From NCBI GenBank assembly GCA_964438425.1, contig CAYTKM010000001.1, forward strand, positions 752,401-816,400: a stretch of 64,000 nucleotides of DNA, written 5' to 3'. Below the pieces are notes generated by a model. It saw nothing but the letters and a program-made list of their open reading frames with translations, was not told the DNA's origin and did not search any database. The DNA is from an uncultured Gammaproteobacteria bacterium (GTDB taxonomy: Bacteria > Cyanobacteriota > Vampirovibrionia > LMEP-6097). Position numbers and translations under genes: made by a program. Below are positions 43,909 to 54,297 of the stretch, one piece after another. Position 1 is the first letter of the stretch. Each line of letters opens with the position of its first letter.

Positions 43909-44739
43909 TTAAAATTTAAATAACTTTTCAGCATTACTGGAAGTCTGGTCTTGAATTTCTTCTAGGCTTACACCTTTTAGTTCAGCTAAAAATTCAGCTA
44001 CATATTTAACATAGCTCGGTTCATTACGTTTACCGCGGCGCGCCTGCGGCGCTAAAAAAGGACAATCCGTTTCTAAAAGTGTTTTTTCAAGTGGTAACTT
44101 TTTAGCAACTGCTTGCAACTCTTTAGAATTTTTAAAAGTCACTATACCAGACCATGAAATATAAAAACCACGTTCGATGCAATCCTGGGCAAATTTCAGA
44201 TCACCAGTAAAACAGTGAATAGTACCACTGCATTCGGAGCCTACTGGATAATATTCCTGCAAAATTTTAAGCGTATCTTCCCAGGCATCTCTGGTATGTA
44301 CGATAATTGGTAATTTAAATTCACGCGCGATTTCAATTTGAGCTCTAAATATATCTTGCTGCTGCAAGTGCTCGCTACTGTTTTTACAATGGTAATAATC
44401 TAAACCAGTTTCACCGATAGCTCTGACTTTATGATCAGGTTTTTGTAATTCAATTTTTAGTTTTTGGCGGATAAAATCTTTAGAATCTACAGTCCAGCTT
44501 TTAAATTCAGTCGGATGAACCCCGAATGCTATATATAAATCGCTAGTTTCATTGCCGTCATATTGATAACTATAATTGATCAACTCATTAATTTCACTAA
44601 CACGGCAACAGCTGTGTAAGATTTTACTCACTCCGACATCATAAGCGCGGCGCATCATTTCATCTCGATCTTCTTTATATTCTGGAAAGTTTATATGTGC
44701 GTGAGTGTCAATTAGGTAGTTTAGGGTGCTGCTGGTCAT
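43909..44739 (-). CDS. tatD: TatD-family metal-dependent hydrolase/DNase
   Basis: LIDTHAHINF, GETGLDYY, IVHTRDA, ETDCPFLAP motifs; 276 aa. Confidence 0.9.
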   Translation of the reverse strand: MTSSTLNYLIDTHAHINFPEYKEDRDEMMRRAYDVGVSKILHSCCRVSEINELINYSYQYDGNETSDLYIAFGVHPTEFKSWTVDSKDFIRQKLKIELQKPDHKVRAIGETGLDYYHCKNSSEHLQQQDIFRAQIEIAREFKLPIIVHTRDAWEDTLKILQEYYPVGSECSGTIHCFTGDLKFAQDCIERGFYISWSGIVTFKNSKELQAVAKKLPLEKTLLETDCPFLAPQARRGKRNEPSYVKYVAEFLAELKGVSLEEIQDQTSSNAEKLFKF

Positions 44740-44795
44740 TATGATTAATTAAAACTTACTATTCTAAATATTAGTATAATAAATTTTTAGTAAAT

Positions 44796-45626
44796 ATGAA
44801 GAAAGAATTTTTACCATTTTGGATTGTTGATGCTTTTGCTTCTGAGCCTTTTAAAGGTAACCCTGCTGCGGTTTATATTTTACATGAAGAAATTACTGAT
44901 GAACTTATGCAGGATATTGCTATTGAAATGAATCAGTCTGAAACAGCCTTTTTACTTATTAGAAAAGAACAAAATCCACTTATTAGGTGGTTTACATCAG
45001 TTATGGAAATTGATTTATGTGGACATGCAACCTTAGCTTCTGCTCATATCTATTTCTCAGAAATTGACTCGGCTGCAAATGAAGTGATTTTTGACACTAA
45101 ATTCGTAGGTGAATTAAGAATAGCTAAGAATTTTAATCAATATTCTATGGATTTCCCAAGTCGCTTAGGCTCGAAATTGTCATCTAAAGATGTCCCGGAG
45201 TATGTTTTAAATTCTCTATCTTCAAATAAACCAATTGAAATATACCAATCTAGGGACTTAATGCTTGTTTATGAGAATGAAGACATTATTAAAAATATTA
45301 AACCTGATTTTAATAAATTGATTAATTTTGAAAGTTTTATCATAGTAACATCTCTAAGCTCTGATTCTAATTATGACTTTATATCAAGGTTTTTCTGTGC
45401 TAATGACGCAGTACCTGAAGATCCAGTAACAGGTTCAGCGCACTGTACTTTAGCGCCTTATTGGTCTATAAAGCTGAATAAAGTAGACTTAAAGGCTTAC
45501 CAAGCTTCAAAGCGTGGTGGTGAATTACACATAAAAAATTTTTCTGATAGAGTTATAATTTCTGGTCAGGCTTTATCTGTTATTGAAGGTAAACTGAATC
45601 TAAAGATTTTAAATAACTTAATTTGA
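44796..45626 (+). CDS. PhzF-family isomerase/epimerase-like protein
   Basis: FWIVDAFASEPFKGNPAAVYIL and catalytic-region SETAFL; 276 aa. Confidence 0.8.
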   Translation: MKKEFLPFWIVDAFASEPFKGNPAAVYILHEEITDELMQDIAIEMNQSETAFLLIRKEQNPLIRWFTSVMEIDLCGHATLASAHIYFSEIDSAANEVIFDTKFVGELRIAKNFNQYSMDFPSRLGSKLSSKDVPEYVLNSLSSNKPIEIYQSRDLMLVYENEDIIKNIKPDFNKLINFESFIIVTSLSSDSNYDFISRFFCANDAVPEDPVTGSAHCTLAPYWSIKLNKVDLKAYQASKRGGELHIKNFSDRVIISGQALSVIEGKLNLKILNNLI

Positions 45627-45649
45627 AACACTAGAGCTGAAATTAAATT

Positions 45650-45690
45650 ATAAACAAAAAAACGCGCCTCAATTTTAAACTGAGGCGCGC
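45650..45690 (-). terminator. Rho-independent terminator for rpsD (minus strand): GCGCGCCTCA stem, then T7 on minus strand; A-tract on plus side (may also serve the PhzF-family gene)
   Basis: plus strand aaacaaaaaaaCGCGCCTCaattttaaacTGAGGCGCGcatctt; read on minus strand the hairpin is followed by TTTTTTTGTTT. Confidence 0.7.
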
Positions 45691-45719
45691 ATCTTAGAAC
45701 TTTTAAATTAGAAAAATTA

Positions 45720-46325
45720 CTATCTTGAATAATATTCAACGATCATACGTTCGTTAACTGCAACTGGAATTTGTTCACGAGCTGGAATTTCTACAAACTC
45801 ACCAACAAAAGCATCTTTTTCACGTTTAACATAAGGAATAGCATCTACCCAATTCTTAACACTTTCTTGTACAGCAGGAATCTTTTGAGATTTTTCCTTA
45901 ACACCGATCATGTCACCAGGCATAACTCTATATGAAGGAATATCAACCTTGTAACCATTTACAATAATATGACCATGAACGATCAACTGTCGTGCTGCTG
46001 CCATAGTAGTTGCAAAACCAAGTCTATAAACAACACTGTCAAGTCTACTTTCTAATAATTGCATTAAAACTTCGCCAGTAGGACCTTTAGCACGAGTAGC
46101 TTTATCTACATAACGTCTGAATTGTTTCTCTTGTAAGACACCGTAACTAAATCTAAGCTTTTGCTTTTCTTTTAGCAAAGTCGCATATTCAGAAGGTTTA
46201 CTTCTTCTTTGTCCATGCTGACCAGATTTATATGGTCTTTTCGCAATTTCAAAAACAGGCATGCCGTTTAGCATTTCGCCGTATCTTCTTGATAATTTAT
46301 CTTTTGGTCCTCTGTACCTACTCAT
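45720..46325 (-). CDS. rpsD: 30S ribosomal protein S4
   Basis: MSRYRGPKDKLSRRYGE... S4 N-terminus, RLDSVVYRLGFA S4 domain; 201 aa; located away from rpsK-rpoA. Confidence 0.95.
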   Translation of the reverse strand: MSRYRGPKDKLSRRYGEMLNGMPVFEIAKRPYKSGQHGQRRSKPSEYATLLKEKQKLRFSYGVLQEKQFRRYVDKATRAKGPTGEVLMQLLESRLDSVVYRLGFATTMAAARQLIVHGHIIVNGYKVDIPSYRVMPGDMIGVKEKSQKIPAVQESVKNWVDAIPYVKREKDAFVGEFVEIPAREQIPVAVNERMIVEYYSR

Positions 46326-46388
46326 AGATCATACAATAATACCTTACTTGCTTTAGATATCGCCACTTTTCGCCATAAATTTCAGATT

Positions 46389-47912
46389 TTGTTAATATTG
46401 ATAGATATGCTCACTATTGATTACACTAAATTTAGTAAAATTACCACCGACAGCAGGCAAGTTAGCCAGCAGTCAATTTTTGTATGTATTAAAGGTGTCT
46501 CAACTGACGGTCATCAATATATAAAACCTGCTATTGAAAATGGTGCGGCGCACATCGTTATTAGCAAAGAATTTTTTGAAAGTAATCAGGTACTTATTGA
46601 AGATTTTAAAACAAGCTCTCAAGTTGACTTTGAAATTACTGAAGATACTAGCTTAAAACTAACTGAAATTCTTAAAGCTTATTATAAAAACGCACTTGAA
46701 AAGGTCACTTTATACGGTGTGACTGGTACTAATGGTAAAACTACGATCACGCATTTAATCCAGGAATTAATGTCAGATAAGCAAGGTAGTTGTGCCATGC
46801 TAGGTACTATTGGCTTTAAAGCTAGTCCTAATAAAGAGTACGAAGAATTAACTAACACTACTCCAGCACGTGAAATTGTTTATGACTATATTAACCAAGC
46901 TAGCCAGCAGGGAGCAAATAGCCTCACTATGGAAGTTAGCTCTCATGCTTTAGACCAAGGTAGAAGTGCTGGACTTAATTTTAAGCATGCGATAGTTAGT
47001 AATTTAACTCAAGATCACCTTGATTATCACCAAACCATGGATAATTACTTTGAAGCTAAAGCAAAGCTTCTAGAGCAAACCGAGGATCAGTTAATTGTAA
47101 ATCTAGATGATAGTTACGCTCAGCGTTTCATGTCTAAAGCTAAAGCTTCGATAACTGTTTCACTAAAAAATAAAGAAGCCGATTTATACGCTAGTAAAAT
47201 AGAAATCTCTGATGGAGGTCTATGCTACGAGGTAACTTTAAGTGAGGCTTTTAAAACAGCTTTTAAGATTTCAGTGAGTAGTTTTACTCTTAAAACTAAA
47301 CTGAATGGTATTTTTAATGTTTATAACACTTTGCTTGCTAGCACACTTGCGCTGATTGAGGGCATGGACACTGACACTTTAGCTGATAGACTAGTTAAGA
47401 TTGAGCCGATATCTGGGCGTTTTGAAACTATTACTGAACCTCAAAAACCACTTTGTATAGTGGATTATGCGCACAGTCCTGATGGCTTGAAAAATATTTT
47501 AACGGGTGCGCGCGCTTTAATCGATAAGACAGCTGAGTATGAAAAATTAATTTGTATTTTTGGTTGTGGTGGCGACCGTGATATTACTAAAAGACCGATC
47601 ATGGCAAGCATAGCCTATGAGCTATCAGATTATGTCTATGTGACTTCTGATAACCCACGTACTGAAGATCCTGCACAGATTATCTCAGATATACTAGCTG
47701 GCATGCCTAACCTCGATAAGGTAAAAGTGCTTGAAAATCGGGCTGAGGCTATCGCTGAGGCTATTAGGCAAGCTACTGCAAATGACGTGATTGTAGTAGC
47801 AGGTAAAGGGCATGAAGATTATCAAATATTAAAAGATAAAACTATAGATTTTGATGACAGGCTTCATGTTAAAGAGGCTTTAAAAGCTAGCTCCTCTTCC
47901 CAAAGCAACTGA
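46389..47912 (+). CDS. murE: UDP-N-acetylmuramoyl-L-alanyl-D-glutamate--2,6-diaminopimelate ligase (MurE); solitary, no dcw neighbours
   Basis: Mur ligase P-loop YGVTGTNGKTT; DNPR motif (SDNPRTEDP) consistent with DAP-type MurE; true start may be a downstream Met (MLTIDYTKF). Confidence 0.9.
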   Translation: MLILIDMLTIDYTKFSKITTDSRQVSQQSIFVCIKGVSTDGHQYIKPAIENGAAHIVISKEFFESNQVLIEDFKTSSQVDFEITEDTSLKLTEILKAYYKNALEKVTLYGVTGTNGKTTITHLIQELMSDKQGSCAMLGTIGFKASPNKEYEELTNTTPAREIVYDYINQASQQGANSLTMEVSSHALDQGRSAGLNFKHAIVSNLTQDHLDYHQTMDNYFEAKAKLLEQTEDQLIVNLDDSYAQRFMSKAKASITVSLKNKEADLYASKIEISDGGLCYEVTLSEAFKTAFKISVSSFTLKTKLNGIFNVYNTLLASTLALIEGMDTDTLADRLVKIEPISGRFETITEPQKPLCIVDYAHSPDGLKNILTGARALIDKTAEYEKLICIFGCGGDRDITKRPIMASIAYELSDYVYVTSDNPRTEDPAQIISDILAGMPNLDKVKVLENRAEAIAEAIRQATANDVIVVAGKGHEDYQILKDKTIDFDDRLHVKEALKASSSSQSN

Positions 47913-48886
47913 TAAACCAGATTTATAGCAAGTTCCTTAGCGATACTTGGTAAATTGTCATGATTTAATACTAGCCGATCATTTTTAACTTCCTGCGTGA
48001 AGTTATCGAGTTCGTATGGGTTAGTTTCTTTTAATTCGAAATATTTCACCGAGTGAGCTGCTAAGTGCTTTTGAACTTTATAATATAAATTTTGATTGGC
48101 TAAAACAGCTTCATAAATCTGAAAATTAAGCAGGTTGTTAGTGCCTTTAAGTGGTTTTAGATGATTAGGGTTTTTTATTAAAATAATTTTATCTTCTTCT
48201 AAAGAAATTAAATGAGAAGCTTTATCTTCAGATTCGTTATTTCGGTATTGTTTAAAATTTTTTTTAAATTCCTGCAACTTGATCTCACATAAATTCAAAT
48301 CTTTACTAATATGCAACATGTTAGGCTGATCTGAAATAGAGATCTTTAAAGTTTTAATGGTATCTATGGTATTTAGTACGATATCAAAGATTACATTAGG
48401 GTTCAGCACACAGTCACAGGCGCTAATTGCATTTTCATAACTTTTAAAAAACTTTTCAGATAAAGATTCTATGGCTGATTTCTGGGCTGTTTGTTGATTA
48501 CCTAGTAAAAGTTCACTATGCTTTGCGATACGATCAAAGGCGTCTTGCTCATTATTTAATAAAGTTTGATTAATAATTCTAATAAACGGCTGAGCATCGA
48601 AGATGAAGGCTTTAGCTTTAAAATACCAAGGTTTGCCGGCAAGCAGTTCAGCGAACTCTTGTTGTTTGCTAGCTAGAGTTTTAGGGTCTCTGTATTTGAT
48701 AGCTTCAGTTAGGCGCTCTAAAGTTTCGCACGCTAGTTGTTCTTTTAAAGCAAACCGCTCGTCATAACTTTTATTTGTTATTTCTACTAATTTGACTGAG
48801 ATTCTAAATGGTAAGAAGTGGTATTTATCCAAATCGTAACTTTGGAAAGACTTATTAAATTTTCTTACTACCTCAGCTAATTTCAT
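47864..48886 (-). CDS. Hypothetical helical protein (340 aa), ORFan
   Basis: Long ORF; 3' end overlaps murE 3' end by ~49 nt; no motif recognised. Confidence 0.45.
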   Translation of the reverse strand: MKLAEVVRKFNKSFQSYDLDKYHFLPFRISVKLVEITNKSYDERFALKEQLACETLERLTEAIKYRDPKTLASKQQEFAELLAGKPWYFKAKAFIFDAQPFIRIINQTLLNNEQDAFDRIAKHSELLLGNQQTAQKSAIESLSEKFFKSYENAISACDCVLNPNVIFDIVLNTIDTIKTLKISISDQPNMLHISKDLNLCEIKLQEFKKNFKQYRNNESEDKASHLISLEEDKIILIKNPNHLKPLKGTNNLLNFQIYEAVLANQNLYYKVQKHLAAHSVKYFELKETNPYELDNFTQEVKNDRLVLNHDNLPSIAKELAINLVYQLLWEEELAFKASLT

Positions 48887-48943
48887 TTATTTACTATAGT
48901 AAAACATTTAGAGCTTTCATAAATTTTGCTAAGCTAAATAAAA

Positions 48944-49723
48944 ATGGTTTTAAGCAAAAGAATTATTCCCTGCCTAGATGTTGACCAAGGACGTGTGGTC
49001 AAGGGTGTTAACTTTGTTAACATTAAAGACGCTGGTGACCCAGCTGAACTAGCTCTAAAGTACTATGAGATGGGCGCAGATGAAATCTGCTTTTTAGATA
49101 TTACAGCAAGTCATGAAGCTCGTAAGACCACTTATGAAATCGTCTCTAAAACAGCTAAACAGATTTTTATTCCACTTACTGTAGGTGGTGGCGTAAATAG
49201 TGTAAGTGATGTTGAAAAGCTGTTACTGGCTGGAGCCGATAAGGTTGCTATTAATTCTGGTGCGGTGAAAAATCCAGAGTTAATTAATGAAGCCAGTAAG
49301 TGCTTTGGTAAGCAATGTATAGTGGCAGCAGTTGATGTAAAAAAGGTTACTGAAAATGAGTGGCATGTATTTACCATGGGTGGACGCCATGATACAGGTT
49401 TAGATGGTATCGAATGGATTAAAGAGCTTCAAGAGCGCGGTGCTGGTGAGCTTTTACTTACTAGCATGGATGGAGATGGCTCTAAGCAGGGCTATGATAT
49501 CGAGCTGACTACAGCAGTGGCTAAGTTCTTAGAGATTCCAATGATTGCAAGTGGCGGTGCTGGTAAGCTTGAGCATATTACGGATGTACTTAAAAGTGGT
49601 GCTGACGCTGCTTTGCTAGCTTCTATGCTACATTACGGTGAAACAACCGTAGGTGAAATTAAAGATTTTATGAATCGTCACCAGATACATGCGCGCGCGC
49701 AAAATGATTCTATAATATTTTGA
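48944..49723 (+). CDS. hisF: Imidazole glycerol phosphate synthase cyclase subunit HisF (solitary)
   Basis: [51 protein letters not shown] motifs; 259 aa. Confidence 0.9.
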   Translation: MVLSKRIIPCLDVDQGRVVKGVNFVNIKDAGDPAELALKYYEMGADEICFLDITASHEARKTTYEIVSKTAKQIFIPLTVGGGVNSVSDVEKLLLAGADKVAINSGAVKNPELINEASKCFGKQCIVAAVDVKKVTENEWHVFTMGGRHDTGLDGIEWIKELQERGAGELLLTSMDGDGSKQGYDIELTTAVAKFLEIPMIASGGAGKLEHITDVLKSGADAALLASMLHYGETTVGEIKDFMNRHQIHARAQNDSIIF

Positions 49724-49745
49724 GACAATAGAGTTGGAAGTACTT

Positions 49746-50666
49746 TTATAAGGCAAATTTAAGATGGTTTATTAAATTTAAAGTATCTATCTTGAGCTGT
49801 GAAAGCGGCTCCGATTTGATTAAGAGCTCTTTATAAAAGTTGACTAAAGACTTAAGTAACAGGCTTTTTTCACTTTCAGAAATTTTAAAACTCTTCAAAT
49901 CCAATATTAATTGATACACTTTTTTATTATTGAAGCTGTTATAACGGCTAACATCATAAAAGTTAGCTTCTGAATCGACATTAATATCTAAACCAGATTC
50001 AGTATCTATTTTTACTGGAATAGCTAAAGGTAAGTCTATCTTGTTATAAGACTCTTCGATATAAAAAGCTGGCTCGTAGCAAGGTAATTCTCGTTTATTT
50101 TTAATAGAAGTCAATTTAAAGCCAAGGTCTTTAATAAATTCACTGCGCACACCCTGTGATAAACAGTCACCATCTAAATTGTTTAGTTTATCTATTAAGT
50201 ACAAATCCTGATTTAACTTCTCTATATCCAGCTCCGTTCTATCCAGACCGAAAATATACTTATCAATAGCAAAGTTCACGGCGTAGAGTTTATAGTCATA
50301 CTCAATATCAAATTGATTATTATTAACTAATTTGCCAGCTATATTTTTTTCGTAATGCAACTGCTCAGCTTGTAAAATTTTCTTTAAACGACGATCAAGA
50401 CTACCTGACCATTTATTTTTATGGTTTAGTTTTAAATTATCAATTTCGGTTTGTAGGTTTTGATAGGTTTTTTCATCAAGCTTGATAATTTTATTTTCTA
50501 AACCATTAATAATGTAATGTAACATTACCGATTTTTGTTGTATGTCAGCTCTAGCTAGCCTATCGATAATTTCATCGATAGCTGTACTACCTAAAATTTC
50601 CCAAAAAAAACTATCATGCTTTGAGGCAAATTGGTTTGAAGTAAATTCTGAAAACTTTTGCTTCAT
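49746..50666 (-). CDS. Hypothetical protein (306 aa), ORFan
   Basis: Long ORF, Asn/Lys/Asp-rich, no motif recognised. Confidence 0.45.
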   Translation of the reverse strand: MKQKFSEFTSNQFASKHDSFFWEILGSTAIDEIIDRLARADIQQKSVMLHYIINGLENKIIKLDEKTYQNLQTEIDNLKLNHKNKWSGSLDRRLKKILQAEQLHYEKNIAGKLVNNNQFDIEYDYKLYAVNFAIDKYIFGLDRTELDIEKLNQDLYLIDKLNNLDGDCLSQGVRSEFIKDLGFKLTSIKNKRELPCYEPAFYIEESYNKIDLPLAIPVKIDTESGLDINVDSEANFYDVSRYNSFNNKKVYQLILDLKSFKISESEKSLLLKSLVNFYKELLIKSEPLSQLKIDTLNLINHLKFAL

Positions 50667-50779
50667 TCATGTGCAGATAATATCATGATACCGATAGCTA
50701 AATCAAGAATTAATGCAGATGATCTACTTAGCCTGATAAGTATGGTTTTACCTTAAGGTATAATCTAGTTAAGGTATTT

Positions 50780-52189
50780 ATGAGCGAACTAAGGTATGAA
50801 TTATTAGAAGACTTTAAAGATTATAATCAGTCTTCGCTACTAAGAATTAGTCTTCAAGAATACGCTGAAAAAGGCGCTGATGTGTTTAATGCAGATAAAA
50901 CAAAAGACATCGTTCCTAATGCTATTACTAATAGCTATCCGCACGCTTTATCACTAGCTAGAATTGTGGTAAGTCAGCTTAAAAAAATTACACTTTTAGC
51001 CGATGAGAAATTCTTGGTACTTGAATGTGGCTGTGGTTCAGGGCTATTTACCAGAAATTTTCTAACAGCCTGCCGTAATTTAGAGATTTTAGATAAAATT
51101 CACTATTTAGCGAGTGATTTTGCAGAAACATTTTTAAATCAAATCAAACTCAGTGACTTACTTTGCGATTTTAATGAAGGTGAGCATTATAGTTTGATCA
51201 CTTTAGACTTGTTGAATATAGATCTATGTAAAAATTTAACTACCAGTCAGTCCTATGATTTAAAAAATTTGGATTTCGTGATTCTAAACTATGTTTTAGA
51301 TGTCTTACCGATGAGTGTTTATAAAAAAGTGCTACCTAATGAAGCTGCGGGCGCTAGTGAAGATGTTATTGATAGTGAAAGCAAGCTTATCAATGACAGA
51401 AATATTGAAGCTGAAACCTTAAAGCATAGTCCTAAGTTTCAAAAATTACAGCTAAAGCTAAGCAAACCTGAGGCTAAACAATCAGTACTGGCTGAATTAA
51501 AGGTAGAGGAGCGCTGGCAGGAGACTGATTTTAATGAACTTGAGAAACTTGAATTTAAGCATCTTGAAGTGCTTAAGTCATACGCAGATGTTTTTGCGCC
51601 AGACACTCGTCTTCACTTTAGTTATGGAGCAGTCGAGGTTATTAAGCAGCTGATTATTAAGTTAAGTGAACGTGGCTTTATTTATGCCTGCGAGGTGCCG
51701 TTTGCTAAATACTATGAGACTACGAACTATCAGATTTATAATAACGTACTTGTACATATGATTAATTTAGGGCAATTAAAGCTAAGTCTAGTCGATGAAA
51801 CACCAGCTGACACTTATGGTGATAATTATTTTCAAAGATTAATCATAGCTAAAAATTCAGAGACCTATAAAAGTTATCAGCTAGCTTTCAAAAGAGAATT
51901 TATCTACGAAAATAATACTACAGCTTACTATGAGATTAAACAAGCAATTAGAAAGCTAAAATCTCCCCAAAGCATAAAATATAGCTGGCCTTTAATTGAA
52001 AATTTAAAGACTCTAGACCCAGTTTCAGCGACTTACTGGTATTTTAAGGCTGAGTATCATAATCTTACCTATGAGCTTACAGAAGCTTATCAAGCTTATT
52101 TAAAAGTGCAGGAATTAGATATAACTTCTGAGTATGAAATCAAAGAAAAGCTAGCTAGTTTAGCTAAAGCTTTGCAAATAAATAATTAA
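50780..52189 (+). CDS. Class I SAM-dependent methyltransferase-like protein (possibly MidA/NDUFAF7-like) with helical C-terminal region
   Basis: Motif I-like FLVLECGCGSGLFTRNFL (compare MidA LVELGPGRGTL); 469 aa. Confidence 0.5.
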   Translation: MSELRYELLEDFKDYNQSSLLRISLQEYAEKGADVFNADKTKDIVPNAITNSYPHALSLARIVVSQLKKITLLADEKFLVLECGCGSGLFTRNFLTACRNLEILDKIHYLASDFAETFLNQIKLSDLLCDFNEGEHYSLITLDLLNIDLCKNLTTSQSYDLKNLDFVILNYVLDVLPMSVYKKVLPNEAAGASEDVIDSESKLINDRNIEAETLKHSPKFQKLQLKLSKPEAKQSVLAELKVEERWQETDFNELEKLEFKHLEVLKSYADVFAPDTRLHFSYGAVEVIKQLIIKLSERGFIYACEVPFAKYYETTNYQIYNNVLVHMINLGQLKLSLVDETPADTYGDNYFQRLIIAKNSETYKSYQLAFKREFIYENNTTAYYEIKQAIRKLKSPQSIKYSWPLIENLKTLDPVSATYWYFKAEYHNLTYELTEAYQAYLKVQELDITSEYEIKEKLASLAKALQINN

Positions 52190-52224
52190 GCTTACTAAAA
52201 GCCATTTGGCATATAATTTATTGA

Positions 52225-52977
52225 ATGTCTAACAACCAAATCGATGAATTTGCTAAGTGCTTTGATGATATTGCGGAAGACTTAGCTTGGTATTTAAAGC
52301 GTAATTATAAAAGTAGAATTAGATACCAGACTCATAATATAGAAACTAGCTTTAATAAAATTTTAGATAAAATTCAGGAGTTGGATGATTATATGTTTAA
52401 TACAGGTGATATCGAATTTTTGCATTCATGTCGATATTTAAGAAATTATATATTTCATAACAATCACCATCAAGCGATTAAAGATCTTAATAAAAGCTTT
52501 GTTACTAAGTTTAAAAAAATTCACCGTAAAGTATGTAAACCGATTACTGATGCTGAAGGGTTTAAGTCGGTTAGACAACTGCAAACAGCTAAGTGGACAG
52601 ATAAAGTGGAAAAACATGTCAAGCTGATGAAGTTACATGATCTACGTTTCATACCTATCTTAGTTAAAGGTAAACTGGATGGTATATTTAGTAGAAACAC
52701 TTTTTATGAAGCTTGCATAGACTCTGAAGCCTTTTATTACGATAGTACTACTAAATTAAATAATCCTGACCTTAAAAACTACATAAAATTTGATGAGAAA
52801 ATGATGGACTACGTGAAATTTGTGCCTAATAACTTACCGATATTCCTTATTGATGAAATATTTTATAAAGAAATGAAAAAGGGTAGTAAAACCAGCTTGC
52901 TGATAGTAACTGAAGATGGTAAAGCTAACCAGAAGGTTGAAGGTATGTTTAGCATCTGGGGGCTGTCAAGTTTATAA
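52225..52977 (+). CDS. Hypothetical protein: N-terminal helical domain with HEPN-like Rx4H motif + C-terminal CBS-pair-like region
   Basis: CRYLRNYIFHNNHH (R-x4-H); CBS-like strand-helix motifs FIPILVKGKLDGIFSRNTFYEA and SLLIVTEDGKANQKVEGMFSIWGL; 35 nt downstream of the MTase-like gene. Confidence 0.45.
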   Translation: MSNNQIDEFAKCFDDIAEDLAWYLKRNYKSRIRYQTHNIETSFNKILDKIQELDDYMFNTGDIEFLHSCRYLRNYIFHNNHHQAIKDLNKSFVTKFKKIHRKVCKPITDAEGFKSVRQLQTAKWTDKVEKHVKLMKLHDLRFIPILVKGKLDGIFSRNTFYEACIDSEAFYYDSTTKLNNPDLKNYIKFDEKMMDYVKFVPNNLPIFLIDEIFYKEMKKGSKTSLLIVTEDGKANQKVEGMFSIWGLSSL

Positions 52978-53010
52978 GTTGAAGATAATAGGCTAATTTA
53001 AAGTTTTAAA

Positions 53011-54003
53011 TTAATCCACTGCGTTTTCAAGTTCACTACCATCAATAAATTCAGCGAAGTTCTTAATAGTAGTACCAGCAATATTTAATAGAGCGTTTCT
53101 AGTTAAAAACGCCTGGTGACCGGTCACTAGAACATTTGGGAAGCTTAGCAGTCTGGTTAGTTGATCGTCGTCAATTATTTTATCTGAGACATCTTCAAAA
53201 AATATGCCAGCTTCTTCTTCATAAACATCTATACCTAAGTAAGCAATTTTCTTAGACTTTAAAGCCTGGATCGCAGCTTTAGTGTCGATTAAAGCACCTC
53301 TACTAGTATTAATAAGCATGACACCAGTTTTCATCTGAGCTATTAGTTTTTCATCAATCATATGATGAGTATCTGGAGTTAAAGGGCAGTGCAGGCTTAT
53401 AATATCTGACTTACTAACTAATTCATCAAGCTCAACTTTAGTTACGTTTTCAGGTTCTTTTTTTAAATAAGGGTCAGCTACCAGTACTTTTGCGCCGAAA
53501 CCATTTAAAATATTAGCCATACATTCACCAATCGCACCATAGCCGATTAAGCCGACATTTAAACCATGTATATCAAAACCTTCCAGACCAGCTAAAGCAA
53601 AATTACCTTCGCGCACACGGTTATAAGCTTTATGAGTTTTACGGTTTAAAGTTAAAATTAGTGACATAGCATGCTCAGCTACCGCATACGGTGAGTACTT
53701 AGGTACTCTAGCTACTTTAATACCGTATTTTTTGCAGGCATCTAAATCTACATTGTTAAAACCCGCACATCTAAGTAAAATTAACTTAATGCCGAACGTA
53801 TTTAATTTTTCTATCACATCAGCGCCGCAGTGATCATTTACAAATATACAGATCGCTTCATAATCTTTAGCTAGATCTACAGTCTTTAAATCTAAAGCTG
53901 GCTCGATATATTCAAATTCTATATCTTTTGAAGCAGATTTATCTAAAGCCTGCTTAAAGTGCTCGACTTCGTATTTTTTACTATTAAACATTAAACATTT
54001 CAT
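53011..54003 (-). CDS. D-isomer-specific 2-hydroxyacid dehydrogenase (D-lactate dehydrogenase-like), NAD-dependent
   Basis: Rossmann GLIGYGAIGECMANILNGFGAKV, catalytic R/E/H context (TSRGALID, VTGHQAF); 330 aa. Confidence 0.85.
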   Translation of the reverse strand: MKCLMFNSKKYEVEHFKQALDKSASKDIEFEYIEPALDLKTVDLAKDYEAICIFVNDHCGADVIEKLNTFGIKLILLRCAGFNNVDLDACKKYGIKVARVPKYSPYAVAEHAMSLILTLNRKTHKAYNRVREGNFALAGLEGFDIHGLNVGLIGYGAIGECMANILNGFGAKVLVADPYLKKEPENVTKVELDELVSKSDIISLHCPLTPDTHHMIDEKLIAQMKTGVMLINTSRGALIDTKAAIQALKSKKIAYLGIDVYEEEAGIFFEDVSDKIIDDDQLTRLLSFPNVLVTGHQAFLTRNALLNIAGTTIKNFAEFIDGSELENAVD

Positions 54004-54297
54004 TACTTTAGACCTTTACTTATTAAATATTATTTGTGTTTTTAAACAAGCTTAAAACTCACTAACTCTCTAGTGAATGCTATTTACACTTAACTTAATA
54101 CTATTTAAGTTATTTCCTTTGTCACTTAAATAGCGAAACCATAATACAGCTTAGCTAAGTAATACAATGGTTTCAAATATTTATAATATCAAATAAGCGC
54201 TTAATAAATAATATGGAATTAAATTTATTTTTTCATTACAAAATTCCAATTAATGCAAGCAGCAGTAAGTAGTAGTTTTATTATAAATAATAATTAG

